From Tubulanus polymorphus (taxonomy: Eukaryota > Animalia > Nemertea), in the NCBI RefSeq assembly GCF_964204645.1, contig NC_134026.1, positions 16,154,150 through 16,218,149 on the forward strand: a stretch of 64,000 nt of DNA. The letters are read 5' to 3'. The position numbers and the translations under genes were made by a program. The notes beneath the pieces were generated by a model. The model was given only the letters and a program-made list of their open reading frames with translations. It was not told where the DNA came from and ran no database searches. Positions 14,971-27,690 of the stretch are shown in pieces (within the stretch, counting starts at the first letter, position 1; each line of letters starts with the position of its first letter).

Positions 14971-15769
14971 CAAAACCACTGATGACCAGCTCAGCGTATC
15001 GTATCCATTAACTAGAAGAGATGATGAGCAAGAAAACATGCCACCAACTAACTCCGAACCGGATGTTTCTAAGTGAAAGTCCAAAGAAAGGGTCGATCTT
15101 TTACCAAAAACTTCATTACGGTCAAACGTATTGACAGTTACTGCTGAAGTTTACCACCATCATCGAAGCAGATGGGTACTGAGCCACAGACTCCTAAATC
15201 AAATTTCGAAAAGGCATATCAAAAAATTTCAGGCAGATACAAAACCAAGTCCAAAACAGAATAACAGAGACTAACGTCAGATGAATAAATGAAGGCTACA
15301 AAGTAAGCCTAAAAAGTGGTGGCAAAACAAAAAAAAACCGGAAAGTTAACATTGACTTTGATGGCATAACTAAACTGACCAAAGATGATATGGAAAGTGA
15401 AACAGATAATGACAAGTACTTGAATTCGTTGAGGAGGAGGAAAACACAGAAAATATGATATATCGGTCGTGTATAGTCGGCAACTGGTGTGCGCTGTAAC
15501 AGATTCACATATAACCAGAAGAAAGGTGACATTCTTGACACATTTAACGATGATATCTTATGTACAGTAACGAAAGAGGATTTGTGCACCATTGGCTCAA
15601 GATTCGGGACTAGAAAATGAAAGATTAGAAAAAGTAGAAAGGATTTTTGAAATGTATTACGAAACATTGTAATGTAAGAAACTGAACTAATTTTCTAGTG
15701 TTTCACTTTTTATTCCACCACTGCAGGGCTTGAACCTTAGGATAATTGACTTATTACCTGTAGTTCTAT

Positions 15770-16627
15770 GGGTCCTGCTAAAGTACGAAACTACGAAATT
15801 ACGAAACTACGAAATGGAAATTTTTTGCCAGTAGTGCTGAAATACGAACCGAAATACGAAACGAAATGGTCACATTTCAAACACACGCCCATACTATGGT
15901 CAAAGCTCGTTATGACGCTACGGGACTGTAAAAATCTCGGCGGTGCATGTAAATGATCTTTAGAAAGTACCATATTCAAGAATTTATTTTCTTAAACTGG
16001 AGGGTTTTAAGAACGTCTACAATTAGTAGAAACTTATAGGAGGTTCTCAAAAACAAATAATGAATACGCTGCACCATTTCCACGAACTCAGACGCGGTAA
16101 AGCATAGTGAAATGATAGGCCCTACACATGGACTACATGACGATCTTTTACCACTTAACAGCGTAGTGACGAGCAATTAGAAAAAAATTCCGGCCGTGAA
16201 TTTTCTTTTCGAATCCGCATCCCTTGCGAAATCCAGACTTTTAAGCTCCTCAGAGAAGCAACTAGGTATCAATTTTTTAGCCTAAACACTGCAGGATATA
16301 TTTTAAGGCACACTTCGTTCTCTGACCCGTAATTTATTAATCGCTACCTTCCAGTTGTATATGAGCATGCGCAGATCATTCTCCCTGATGGCATCGCTAA
16401 ACTCAGTCGCGGCACGGAACCCTGCCACACTAGACCGGGTGCGCATGTTTAAGCCAGCTCCACGAATCCGCTGCTATAGCGCAAAAAATTACAAGATTTT
16501 CGTTTCGTATTTCATTTAATACTTTAGCAGTACCCGCGTTTCGTTTTGCTTTTCGTAATTTCGTTTCTTATTTCGTAATTTCGTTGCATATTTCTTAATT
16601 TCGTAATTTCGTACTTTAGAAGTACCC
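15770..16627. mobile_element. Mutator-like MITE
   Basis: TIR GGGTCCTGCTAAAGTACGAAA / TTTCGTACTTTAGAAGTACCC with subterminal TACGAAA repeats. 9-bp TSD TAGTTCTAT at 15761-15769 and 16628-16636. Confidence 0.85.
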
Positions 16628-17594
16628 TAGTTCTATTTTATTAGCTAATGGTTGTTCGAGGCCTGCGAGTGGAGGATCTTGAACTGTTAAAGTTGTTGTT
16701 AGCTAGAGTCGTTTTCTGATTTCATTAATGAATTATTTTAATGAGTTTTATTGTTGGTAAAGTAGCATTAATACAATCCTACCGTAATTGTATGATGCTT
16801 TTACATATGCCAATACAGTAGTTGACGATCCCTCCATTTCATTTTAAGATTCGTGTAATGGTAAGGCCTACTGTACATGTAGCCTTATAGGCCTGTGTTG
16901 ATGACAGAAACAACGAATGAGGGAGTGTAATTGCATTGTATTTTCAGGTCTGAATGATGTAAATGTGAAATTGCCATAGGCCTATGAGGCGCGTACTATA
17001 TATGTAGACCTGAGAATTATTTTCAGTTTAGAATAAAGAAAATATGATATGAATTTCTGCATAGTGAATTTTGATATATTAGGTTTTCGAATTTCCCCGA
17101 GCATGTGTTCAACTTACTCTGTTGTATGTCCGAGTTAACCTAGTGTATTGGGTAACTTGAACACTTTCGACTCGTCAAAATTTGGTCCTTCCCCTGTTTT
17201 ACCCCACCAATTTTTGGTAAACAATATTGATATGTGAAACTTACCATCGGTCCTTCCTACCATGGGAGCTTATTACATTGAGCTTTATCTGTTGTGGTTT
17301 AAAACGCTTGGTAAATGAAGAGTTGTTCAAGTTAACCCATGTTACCTTACGTACGGTACGCACGCATCCATGCAACAGTGAAAACGCTAAGTACATGCAT
17401 TTCAAATAATTTCACTTCGCTGTTTTGTTCACTGATATCAATATTACGAACATCCAATAGGGTTTATTTACTTATTGTACGCATTTTTTTAAATATTGAA
17501 TTCAATTGGTCCGGTCCATTAGGCCGTATGTTCCGCATACTTCTTTTGGGTGCAGGGCACCGATCCTTCAGTAGGGGCTGGTCTCCAAGGCGCT

Positions 17595-18818
17595 AGTAGT
17601 CCGATTTCCCGAGATCCCACATTGCGTTCATACTATTACTATTTAGACCAGCCTAAATGGTTCCATAACTGGAACGGGCCAAATTAGATGCGCGCTTGCA
17701 CAAACGCGTTGACTGGCCCCGCAAGACGTTGTCATGAGTATTTTACCGCGAAATTTGTATCTAAATGATTTATTTATGAGTCCCGGGCAGTGAAACGTTT
17801 GAATAAATTCAGTTGATTGTAGTTTATCATAAATCTCGACAAATCAATCTATTGTAAATTCTAGGAAATTTCAAACATATGCAATAGACATATTCTAAGA
17901 TATATGATTATCCGTAGCTAATACATTAATACTTAGGCAATATACAAATTATATATATATTATGAAATCGGTAAACTATATCAATCAGCTTCATGACGAA
18001 TAGGTGACGATTTTTATTACAAAAAATGAATTCATACCGCAGAGTAGAAATTGATTTTTAGACATTTATAAATTGGAACGGGCCAAATTAAGACAGTTCT
18101 AAATAACGAAGAGATGTCCACGGGAGATCGAAAGTAAGTGTATAATTGTATTTTTATACCAAAAGGTCGAAAGGTCGAGCTCCAAAAAAATAAAATAAAT
18201 TCTCGCTGGCTCGAAATTATTTTTATTTTTTCACTCAACCTTTCAACCTTTGATATGAAAATACTATTATACACTTACTCTAGTATTTATATAATATTAT
18301 TTTTTTATAATTTCGAAACATATAATGAAATAAATATTAAAATCTAAAATTAATGAGATAAAAAATAAATATTATTTTAATGAATAACTATTTAATCAAT
18401 ATCTTATTATATTTATGTTTTATGATTTGTACTATTTTCAATATTAAAAAATATAAATATGTTACTTTTATAGAATATACCCACTGTGTCTTTATATTTC
18501 TCTTTTATATAAAATTCTCCTGTGTGATTTTAGTTGTTTTAGAAAAAATATAAGTAGTTTTTAAAAATATAAAAATCATTTTCATATATTATAATTATTT
18601 CATAACTATTTCAATATTATAAAATTATATTCATATTTTTCAATAATGATTAATCTATCTATATTTTCTAATCTATTCAAATATCAAATAAATTCAAATT
18701 ATTATATAATTATTTTATTTTTACTAAAATGTATGTATAATAAATGGAGAGTGAACAATCACAAAACAATAATAACTTTACTAAAAGAATAAAAGATATA
18801 ACAGTTGCTAAGAATGTA
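17595..18818 (+). mobile_element. Possible Maverick/Polinton-like terminal fragment
   Basis: Begins AGTAGT (Polinton-style terminus), becomes extremely AT-rich, and has a small ORF starting at TAAATG (ATG 18744). No core Polinton gene is seen. Confidence 0.3.
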
Positions 18819-19156
18819 GGCTCCAGTCCATTATAGCATTAAATAGTTCCAGCAGAGACTTATCACATTGGACTGGTATTTGGAATTAATCCGCCAATAT
18901 TGGACTGATTACTGACATACCGACAAACTGACGAACCGACATACCGACAAACCGACGACCCGACAAAAAGACAAATCCGTGCGTGGATTACCCTTATATA
19001 AAGTGGCTGGAAGCGAGGGGCTGTGTGTTTGCGTGGATTACCCTTATATAAAGTGGCTGGGATCGAGGGGCTGTGTGTGTCCGTGATTACCCTTATATAA
19101 AGTGGCTGGGATCGAGGGGCTGTGTGGTGCGTGGATAACCCTTATATAAAGTGGCT
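18819..19156 (+). mobile_element. Long terminal repeat arm 1 of a GG-ended DNA transposon (Merlin-like)
   Basis: Starts GGCTCCAGTCCATTATAGC after the 8-mer AGAATGTA. Near-identical to 27964-28326. Contains CCGACAAA/CCGACGAA octamers and ~3.5 copies of a 50-bp unit. Confidence 0.7.
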
Positions 19157-20024
19157 TTAGTGATGCTGTGAAACCGGCGCGCTTGTTATTCTGAAAAATT
19201 CGACCCGTTGCCGGAAGAAAAACACAATACTAGTTTCTTTAATTTAAATCCTTTATTTCAGACAATCACTTGAATTGAAAAACAGCAATGCTCTTGCCCA
19301 CATTCTTTGTGCTACCACGCAAAAATACATGATCAGCCACCGATACAAATGTTACATTGTATATATTGAATACAAATTAAAGCATAGGCTACAGCTGATT
19401 ATTTCATTGCAAGCTTACAAATTATGCATTCTGACCATCCTTGTAGGGGCACCTGCACCCACCTCCAATTTCAGACAGAGAAACAAGGTATCAATTTTTC
19501 TTATCCTTACTTGGCATGAAATTCTAATATCCAAATCGCAATATCAGTTTGTTAAAACAATGTTCCACTGTAACTAGATATATTGAAGTGTTGTGATTCC
19601 ATTTAAATGATATGATACAGTGCATATAAAACAGTGCAAAATATAAATATTGAAATCAAGAGTGGTTAAGTTGATAGAAGTGCTACATGCTTAGAGTAAT
19701 CATTTCAAATGATTACTCCAAGCTACATGCATATACTGAAATAAGTTGTGCACACATAGGCCACACCATATACCAATATATGTACTTACCATCGATAATA
19801 CATGTACTTACAATTGATACATACTTTAAACATTCCTAGAATAGATAAGATGATAAAGAGACATTTAATCCTGACCGATGTTATCTAAGATAGATATCAT
19901 GACAAATTAAAATGATATTTGTAAGTATAGAAGTTTCCATACACCCAATACATTTTCTGTATCGTATATACCGGGTAATTATTCATTCACTGCATGGACC
20001 GTTTTGTTAGAATGAGTTTTTATG

Positions 20025-20523
20025 TAATAATAATAATAATAATAATTTATTTACTTATAAAGCGCATTACTATAAAACATAATCATTGCACTTCACATTT
20101 TTAAAACATATAAGACAGAAGCAGATTAAAACACTAATTGTACAGGTTTCTAAAATAAAAAGTTTTTAAACGTGATTTGAAACATGAGACAGTTGGACTT
20201 TCACGAATTTCCTGTGGTAAGACATTCCATAAAGTTGGTGCCATGAAAGTAAAAGCTTTACGTCCAGCAACACGACTGTTATTAAGTTTAACTAAAATTG
20301 TTGGGTCATTGCTAGATCTAAGAGGTCGACTTGGAACATACCTAGTTAAAAGAATCTGCAAATACACTGGAGCAGTACCATTAAGACATTTATAGACAAT
20401 TAATAACATTTTAAAATTTACTCTATCTAAAATGGGCAGCCAGTGCAAATCACGTAAAATAGGAGTAATATGGTCATTTTTTCTAGCCCTAGCAATTAGG
20501 CGAGCAGCATTACATGCATGCAT
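20025..20523 (-). mobile_element. 5'-truncated L2/CR1-group LINE 3' end
   Basis: NAARLI...DHITPILRDLHWLPI..RVNFK...RPLRSS...GRKAFTFMAPTLWNVLP...FKSRLKT, plus a 3' (ATT)n tail at ~20025-20047. Confidence 0.85.
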
Positions 20524-20925
20524 TACAACATGTACAATGTATAAACCACAAAACGATAAAACCTATTTTTTGCTTTTGCAAGTAGAACATAGATACTCAT
20601 CATCATTTGCCATATGTGCAACATCATTAGCTGACAACTTTGCACATTTATAATGTAACCATGTTTTGCAGTTGCAGAATTCTATCATTATAGAACCTGG
20701 AATGTACGTATGGCAAATACAATATCAAGAAATAACGAATGTCTTGGCCATTAAATCTGGTTTTCTTAATCTTCTTGCATAAGGAAACATGGTAATATGG
20801 CGATTTTTTAAGCATCTATGAAAATGTTTTCTCATCTGATTTTGATAAAAGCTGATATATACAGGATCATACCCTAGCATCAGACTAATAGCATTAGCAA
20901 CACTAAAAAGGCCGCTGTCCGATCA

Positions 20926-23881
20926 CAGGCCTCCCAGTGCCCTTTACTAGCCTAAGAGGACAGCTGCTAGATTTAAAGAGGACATCATTTGAAAATTAGA
21001 GGACATAGAGGACAAAATGTAACAAATAGCACACTATGCATATTTCAATTCTTGAAATAGTTATTCAGTAATTATTATCAGTTAGTTCAATAATTGACCA
21101 ATTCAAGCTACCTGCGGACCAGTCATAGGACATATTACATGAAATTCCATTGGCTCAATTAGCCCAAGGAATACCTCACCACGAATCTTCAGCGACTGTG
21201 ATGCAGAAATTGCAACTTAATCAAAGGAAAACTGTATCAACAGAAAACAAAAACTAAAGGATTACAACGAAAATATTCTATTTAATTAAAATGTACTGAA
21301 ATTTACAGAAGTATACTTAAAATTTCTTTGATCTAACCGGTTTATAATGTAACATACATGTAATTTTCAATTATAGAGTTAGCATGACAAGACTATTTAC
21401 AAGTGGCTTTTGCCTTTACTTGATGTTGGCCCGAATAGATTTTATTGGACACCTTTTCGTAACGCTCACGGCACTCAGTAAGCAGTTTATTTCCGGCTTC
21501 AAGTAATGCGTGGGCTACCCTGACATTCTCCAGGGGTAGTTTCTTCTGCATATGTTGGAAAGTTGCTCGGAAGAATGACTTGACACCTATATTGAACAGC
21601 TTGTATGAAGATTCCTGTTTTCTCTTCAGACTCTTTAGAGTATCTCTACAATCTTGGCCAACATCCCAGTCATCCATAGGTAACTCATTCTCCGTCTTCA
21701 TTTCCAATTTCAGAATGGTTTTGAGACATCTTTTGTTTACCATTTCAGGCTTTACAAAGCACAGAAGGAACTCTCTTAAGAGAGTTTCCAACTGTTCGTG
21801 GAGCAGGTGGATAAGTGGCCCCTTCTGTTGGAAAAGAGACAGGAACTTCTCAAACCTTCGGGAGACGTCCAGTATCAGATTTAAGTGGGCTTTTGTCTCA
21901 AGTAAATTTTGGAGTTTCAGGCAGATACGTTTGTACCTATCTAACCCAGTGTACTGCTTTTCACATTTCAATGTCTTGAGAAAGTACTCAGACAAAACAG
22001 GGAGGTGTTCAAGAACACGCTCACATACCGGACCCATTGATAGCCATCTGTTACTGACAAACCGTTTCATTTGATTTGATGCAATGTCCATTGCTTGCTC
22101 GACATTCTGATAGTCTTCCCTTCTAGATGGATACTTTTTGAACCAGTAGAATACATCATTCAGGAAGTCTTCGATTTTCCATTCCTTATCTACTACAGCA
22201 AATCCTGCCTTGAGCGAATTGTGCACAGTATGTAGATTGCAGGAAACGATGTCTATTAGGTTACTACCACCTTTTTCAACACACAGTTCATCCATCTTTC
22301 TCTGAACAGCTTTATTCACATTGGGCCCATCAGAACTCAGACTGATGAGTTTCTCTAAAGACAAATTAGATTTGCCTAGATAATCTACCAAAGCATCAAG
22401 AATGATATCTGAGGTAGCATGCCCCATAAAACATGACCCTAAATATCTACTAGCAATACCACCTCTGTCAACATCCCAAAATCTAACATGTAAATCCATC
22501 TGTTTTATATTTTGAGAAGTTGTTGATTCATCATACAACAACGTGTAAAATGGTGCCTTTCTAACTTTTGCTTGCAGGTTATTGACAAAATATGGTGCAA
22601 GCCCAAATGTGATAGAATACGCAGCTTTAGTATTTCCAAGACTCATATCTTTAGTAATCTTATCATCGGGATATATAAACCGTAACATGCTGCAAAGATC
22701 ATCATTGGAAGAAAAGGATTGGTTATATTTGACCATACGTAAAAGGAACAGTATCTCAGCCCGGGCGACAAGTTCATCATGACAGAAACCAGGAACCTTT
22801 GATAGAGGCAGAGTCCCACTTTTTGAAAATGCGAAACTGGTCTGTCCCCCTTCATAGAGTCCATCTTCTGTTTGTGTTGCAATCCCTTTGCATGTTGTCG
22901 CAAGGCACACACTCCTTGTGTACTAATGTTGATTGGTGTCTTGCATATCTTACACAAGGCTGTTGTAACACTGGGCCCCCTAGATAACCAGGAGAATTCT
23001 TCTTGCTGCTCCCAACTCGAGTTATAGTATGTGGCACGTTAACTCAAGGACATTTTGGTTCTTTCCTACCAGCTAATCTAAAAAGAAAAATAATCTGCTG
23101 TATTTCAATCTCAACAATGTTTGTGATGATAAAAATAAACAGAATATTAGATAACTGGTCAACTATAATTGTAGCTTCCTGTTAGACTGGGACATCAATA
23201 CAGAGAATCAGGAAACTTTAAGACATCACACATGCTGTCCTGTCCCATAGGGCTGACTAGCCATGAAACAAACATAAAAATTTTGTAATTTAAATTCAAA
23301 TGTCACAAAATTTAACTTTTTCTCATGGATATTTAAGAACAGCTTGTGATCAGTAGAAATGATCTGTAACTTACCAGCAGAATTCTATGAGAACCTGATG
23401 AAGATACAGGTCATTAGTATCAAGATTGGGAATTTTGTTTTAGCGAATAAGGAAACCAGGGCGATAAGAGGTCCAGCAGAGTGAGCTTGATATGTTCAGT
23501 TTCTTATCGCTGACATGTTTTGGTGGATAAGGAAACAGTGGCAATAAGGGGTCCAACGTCCTGAACTTAATATGTTCAGTTTCTTATTATTTTGATGACA
23601 TGTTTTTGTTAGTATGTAGTTGTTAGTTTCATATCAGAAACTGGTGAAACAACAAAATACAACAGTTTTGGTCAACTAGAAATATGAATTCAAATTACTG
23701 AAAACTTTTGAAACGAGATAATTAGATAGAAAGGTACTTACCATATAACCTCCTCCACATGAAAGATTTGACGCGATCTGCAGATGGCATATTTATTTAG
23801 AAAAAAATACATTTGCTGAAATAGAGGACTTAGAGGACATTCCTTCAAATTAGAGGATTTAAGGGACATCTGGGAGCCCTG
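20926..23881 (-). mobile_element. hAT-superfamily DNA transposon
   Basis: TIRs CAGGCCTCCCAGTGCCCTT / AAGGGACATCTGGGAGCCCTG, subterminal AGAGGAC repeats at both ends, flanks GATCA / GATCC, and an internal transposase. Confidence 0.85.
21393..22957 (-). pseudogene. hAT-like transposase (frameshifted, C-terminal deletion)
   Basis: Zinc finger CKICK...HAKGLQH in one frame. Catalytic-region motifs YDESTT, QMDLHVRFWD, SDGPNVN, SCNLHTVHN, RWLS in the 505-aa frame. No dimerization domain seen. Probable upstream spliced exon (ATG ~23790, GTAAGT donor ~23741). Confidence 0.85.
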
Positions 23882-23994
23882 GATCCCGCAATCTGCTTCT
23901 GTGCTGTAAAGACATCATATTTTATAATGCCATCTTCTCTGATTGCATAATTTTTATAAACCAACGCAAGTTGATGTTTAAGAGGTGAAGATAC

Positions 23995-24782
23995 TGTTAC
24001 GATTTAGCTATTTTGGCTAAATAGTAATGCTGTTTGTAAAATATTTTTCATGTAACTTTAGGGCAGAACATCTGCTGTGTTTATAACATTTAGTGTAGAT
24101 CGACAATTAAGACCCTTCAAACTGGCATCTTTAGGCTTCATTGTTCCAATTCATAGTATCCATTAGGCTTATCATTATATAAACATTGGTTGAAACCATG
24201 GTCTTGAGTGGCGATCTCTCTACTTGTAGAGATTTATAGAGTATTTTAGTTATACTATTGTATATAGAATGTTTGGGAGTTTATTTAGTAATTAACTAAT
24301 GGAAAGGGATGGAGACTTGGGGTGATATTCTGGGGATAAAAAGGGTTAGTTCAGTAGATTCGGGGAGAACGAGACCAAGTAAGAGAGGAGAACGGGAACT
24401 AGTAGAGTAGTAGAGAGAGGAGAACCGATAGATCAGATCGGGATCGTACGGGAGATTAGCCGAGGGATTGGATCTGGATCAGACGGGTCGACTATAGGAT
24501 TGTAGCCACACCATGGAAGAAATTATATATCGGATAATGGAATAAACATATATCATATTATACCAGATAAAGGCAAACTACTGAGTTAAATTAAGTATAC
24601 TTTTTATATCCCGGATTCTAGGAGCTAGGCAAATCGTTTACAAATAGGTTATCGGTAACAAGAGATACCGATAGGTAAGATATATAACATAAGTCGTTCA
24701 CTTAAGAGATATCGTAGCGAAAGCGACGTAGCAAAAAGAAAACAACGACCACTAAGATCGAACGACACTTAAAATCGTTTCA
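23995..24782 (+). mobile_element. Solo LTR (Gypsy-type, 4-bp TSD)
   Basis: TGTTACGATTT...AAATCGTTTCA termini, ATAC TSD at 23991-23994 and 24783-24786, TATA-like GATAAAAA ~24335 and AATAAA ~24541. Excision restores the Ulp1-like frame. Confidence 0.75.
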
Positions 24783-25077
24783 ATACTTTGGGCGACATTG
24801 AATCATAGACTTTTATTTTTCCTCCGAGACATGACGACACAACCCAATGGTGTGATGAATGATGAATTTGTACACAGTCTCCAGCAACCGGTGCGTCAAA
24901 TTCATGAGTATTATCTAAAAGGATGGGATCATACAGTCCATCTATCAATGGTGCCTCTAACTTCATCAGCAATTGGGCGGCATGAATGTGCTTATCATTA
25001 AGCCACATTCCTTCCAAATTTCAGTTTCATCTTGTTTTGTTAATGTGATATTTTCAATTTGAACCCATACATCATTT

Positions 25078-25332
25078 TCTGGTACGTGAACATCTGGTGT
25101 AACTGGTACACGAAAATCTGGTGTAACTGGTACACGAACATCTGGTGTAACTGGTACACGAACATCTGGTGTAACTGGTACACGAACATCTGGTGTAACT
25201 GGTATGTGAACATCTGGTGTAACTGGTACGTGAACATCTGGTGTAACTGGTACGTGAACATCTGGTGTAACTGTTACACGAACATCTGGTGTAACTGGTA
25301 CACGAACATCTGGTGTAACTGGTATGTGAACA
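25078..25332. repeat. 24-bp minisatellite (~10.5 copies), in-frame VPVTPDV(R/H) on minus strand
   Basis: Unit TGGTACACGAACATCTGGTGTAAC repeated inside ORF 24966..25514. Confidence 0.95.
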
Positions 25333-26139
25333 TTGATGTACTGTTTCAAAAAATCAGCTTGCCTCCCAAACCGCTTCGATAATGTTGGTTTCTTTTGTAA
25401 ATGAAGAGATGAAAGTTCTGGGAGCTTACGTTTTGGAGCACATTTTTGTTGTGATTTTTTTAGGTCTTGTTGAGCTAAACATAATGGACCATCTTTGGGA
25501 AGTTTTTCCTCCAATTATTTGATCATGTCAGTCAAATTTCCATCTAGTTTCGTTAATGTATCAGATTCTATAATCAGATACACCTTATCTATAACAGTTT
25601 TCAGCTTGCTAACGCATGTGTTCACGAGGCTCAATATCGACCTTTTATTTCTAGATGGTAGTTCTTCATATGAAATATTGGTTTCTAAACCATCAGATGG
25701 TTCCGGAGGAGTGATAGCTGCAACCTCATCATCGTCGTCGTTGGCCTTGACATCATTATTATCCGAGTACAGCTTTAGATCAATCACTATAGTTTCATCT
25801 AGATGGAATACTGGATAACTGCGATACATATTACAAAGTCTTTTCCATGAATAACCTTCTACATATTGAAAAATAGCACACATGTGCTTACAAGGAAGAT
25901 AATTCATTAACTAAAATCAAGTTAATCCAATCAATATCTAAATTAATTTTTTAACAAGATAAAAGCTAGGCCTAATAATAAAAACGACTTCATTCTTTAA
26001 GAAACCCATAAAGATAACAAAATATTTTTAAATATTTCTTAAGCCATTATTATAGACATAATAACAAAATACGGTATATTTCTTAAGCCTTTATTATAAC
26101 CAATAATGAATAGTTTTCGATTTTACAGAATTATCAAAT

Positions 26140-26503
26140 ATGAGTTATGTGCGATACACCGCCGCACAGAAGCAAAATGCGTTGGATGCCATCCGGAATG
26201 GAATGGCAATACGAACAGCCAGCAAAATGTATGGTGTCCCACGATCAACGATTCAAGATGTTGTTCATAAAAGAACGGAGCCATTCAGTACAGCACGTCG
26301 AAAAACTTACCTAAATAAGGATCTGGAAAAAGAATTGGTCGATTATGCTTGCAATAGAGCTGCAATGGGAATAGGTTTCAACAAATCGAATTTTTTGCGT
26401 TACGCCACAAACCTTGCAATTAAAAATGGGACACCGTTCGCTGGTGGAATGCCCAGCGATTGCTGGTGGCAGGGCATGAAAAAGAGGCATCCTGAATTGA
26501 CCC
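26140..26503 (+). pseudogene. pogo-like transposase N-terminus (HTH_psq + CENP-B HTH), truncated
   Basis: ALDAIRNGMAIRTASKMYGVPRSTIQD (psq HTH) and LEKELVDYACNRAAMGIGF...PSDCWWQGMKKRHPELT. Similarity ends where the LINE relic begins. Confidence 0.8.
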
Positions 26504-27690
26504 AAACCAGTATTTACCTGCGGTATTCCATGGTCCAGTTGGGGCACCCTGGCATAGCTATTATCATATTGAACAAACATCTTGCGTTGTTTCAAGTAAC
26601 TACAAAACCAGTCGTGAGCAATTCCACGGATTCCATAACAGTTAAGTTTCCATAAATGTCTATATTAATGGAGTAAAATGCTTTTGACAAATCTAGGAAT
26701 AGGCAAAGTATTCTTTCATTGTTTTCAAGTCCCATGATACAGTTTCCTAGAAATTCTAATAGTGCTTGATTAGTAGAATGAGCATGGCGGAAGCCATATT
26801 GACTTGAAAATAATATCTGGTGCTTAAGTAGGAAATCATATAATCGTTTGTGGATAATTTTATTCTAATATTTCAGAAATGACTGGTAGTAAGGCAATAA
26901 GGCGGTACTTCGTTAATTCATTTTTACTTTTACCTTTGTAAATTGGTATCACTTTTGCTAGTTTGAAGCTATCAGGTATATGTCCTTCAATCATTGATTA
27001 ATAAAAATTGAAAATTACTGCTAATGGGCGACAGATAATTAATGAGATGTTTCAATAGAATGTCATCAATATCATCATGTCTACTACTTGATTTGTTCGG
27101 TAGAGAATTTATGAATTTCAGAACCCCATTTTCATCCGTTTAGAAGAGAAATAGTCACTGTTACGATAAGTCATGTAATCGGAAAAAGATGATTTTTTGA
27201 ACAAGGGACCTTGTCAGAATAAGGTTTTCCAATTTCACAAAAAAATTTACAAAAGGAGTTTGATATAGCAGATGAGTCATTGATAGATTGTCCATCAATA
27301 TTAATCCTTCCATTTAGTAAGGAACTTTTATTATTCTGTTAACCAATCGCATTTCGCAAAAGGTTCCATAATTTATTGCTATTAGATTTGAATAAACTAA
27401 TTCTGTTGGCATAATAATTACGCTTCGCAGTCCTTTTGGTATAATTCAATTGGTTTCTATATATATGCTACATAATTCTTAAAATTGCTACTTTGTCGGT
27501 CATAGCCAATGACCTTTCGGTACAAACGGTCACACCTCCTTGAGCATTTAACCAGACTTGGTGTCATCCATGGTTCAGTAATCTTTATTGTTCTGTGTTT
27601 TTTTTTATTTGTAATGGTGCTACTATATCAATAGTTTCTGAAATACTTTTCAATAAATACTCATACCCTTCTTCAGTATTTAATTGATCT
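26504..27690 (-). pseudogene. Degraded CR1/Crack-type LINE ORF2 fragment
   Basis: Minus frames give PWMTPSL, AKVIPIYKGK, KRLYDFLLKHQILFSSQYGFRHAHSTNQAL, LFLDLSKAF, with many frameshifts. Confidence 0.75.

Larger units (their letters stand above)
20563..25907 (-). pseudogene. Interrupted SWIM-finger / Ulp1-like (C48) protease / PHD-finger gene relic, probably from a Mutator-like transposon
   Basis: LPCKHMCAIF (SWIM) at ~25900 and WLNDKHI...HHWV...VYDSM at 25017-24790. Removing the solo LTR and hAT inserts gives PKVSSPLKHQLALVY...AQKQIAGSDSGLFSVANA...QNQMRKH...MFP, then PHD YCIC..CNC.TWLHYKC...YLCSTC ending ~20563. Contains stops and a frameshift. Confidence 0.75.
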
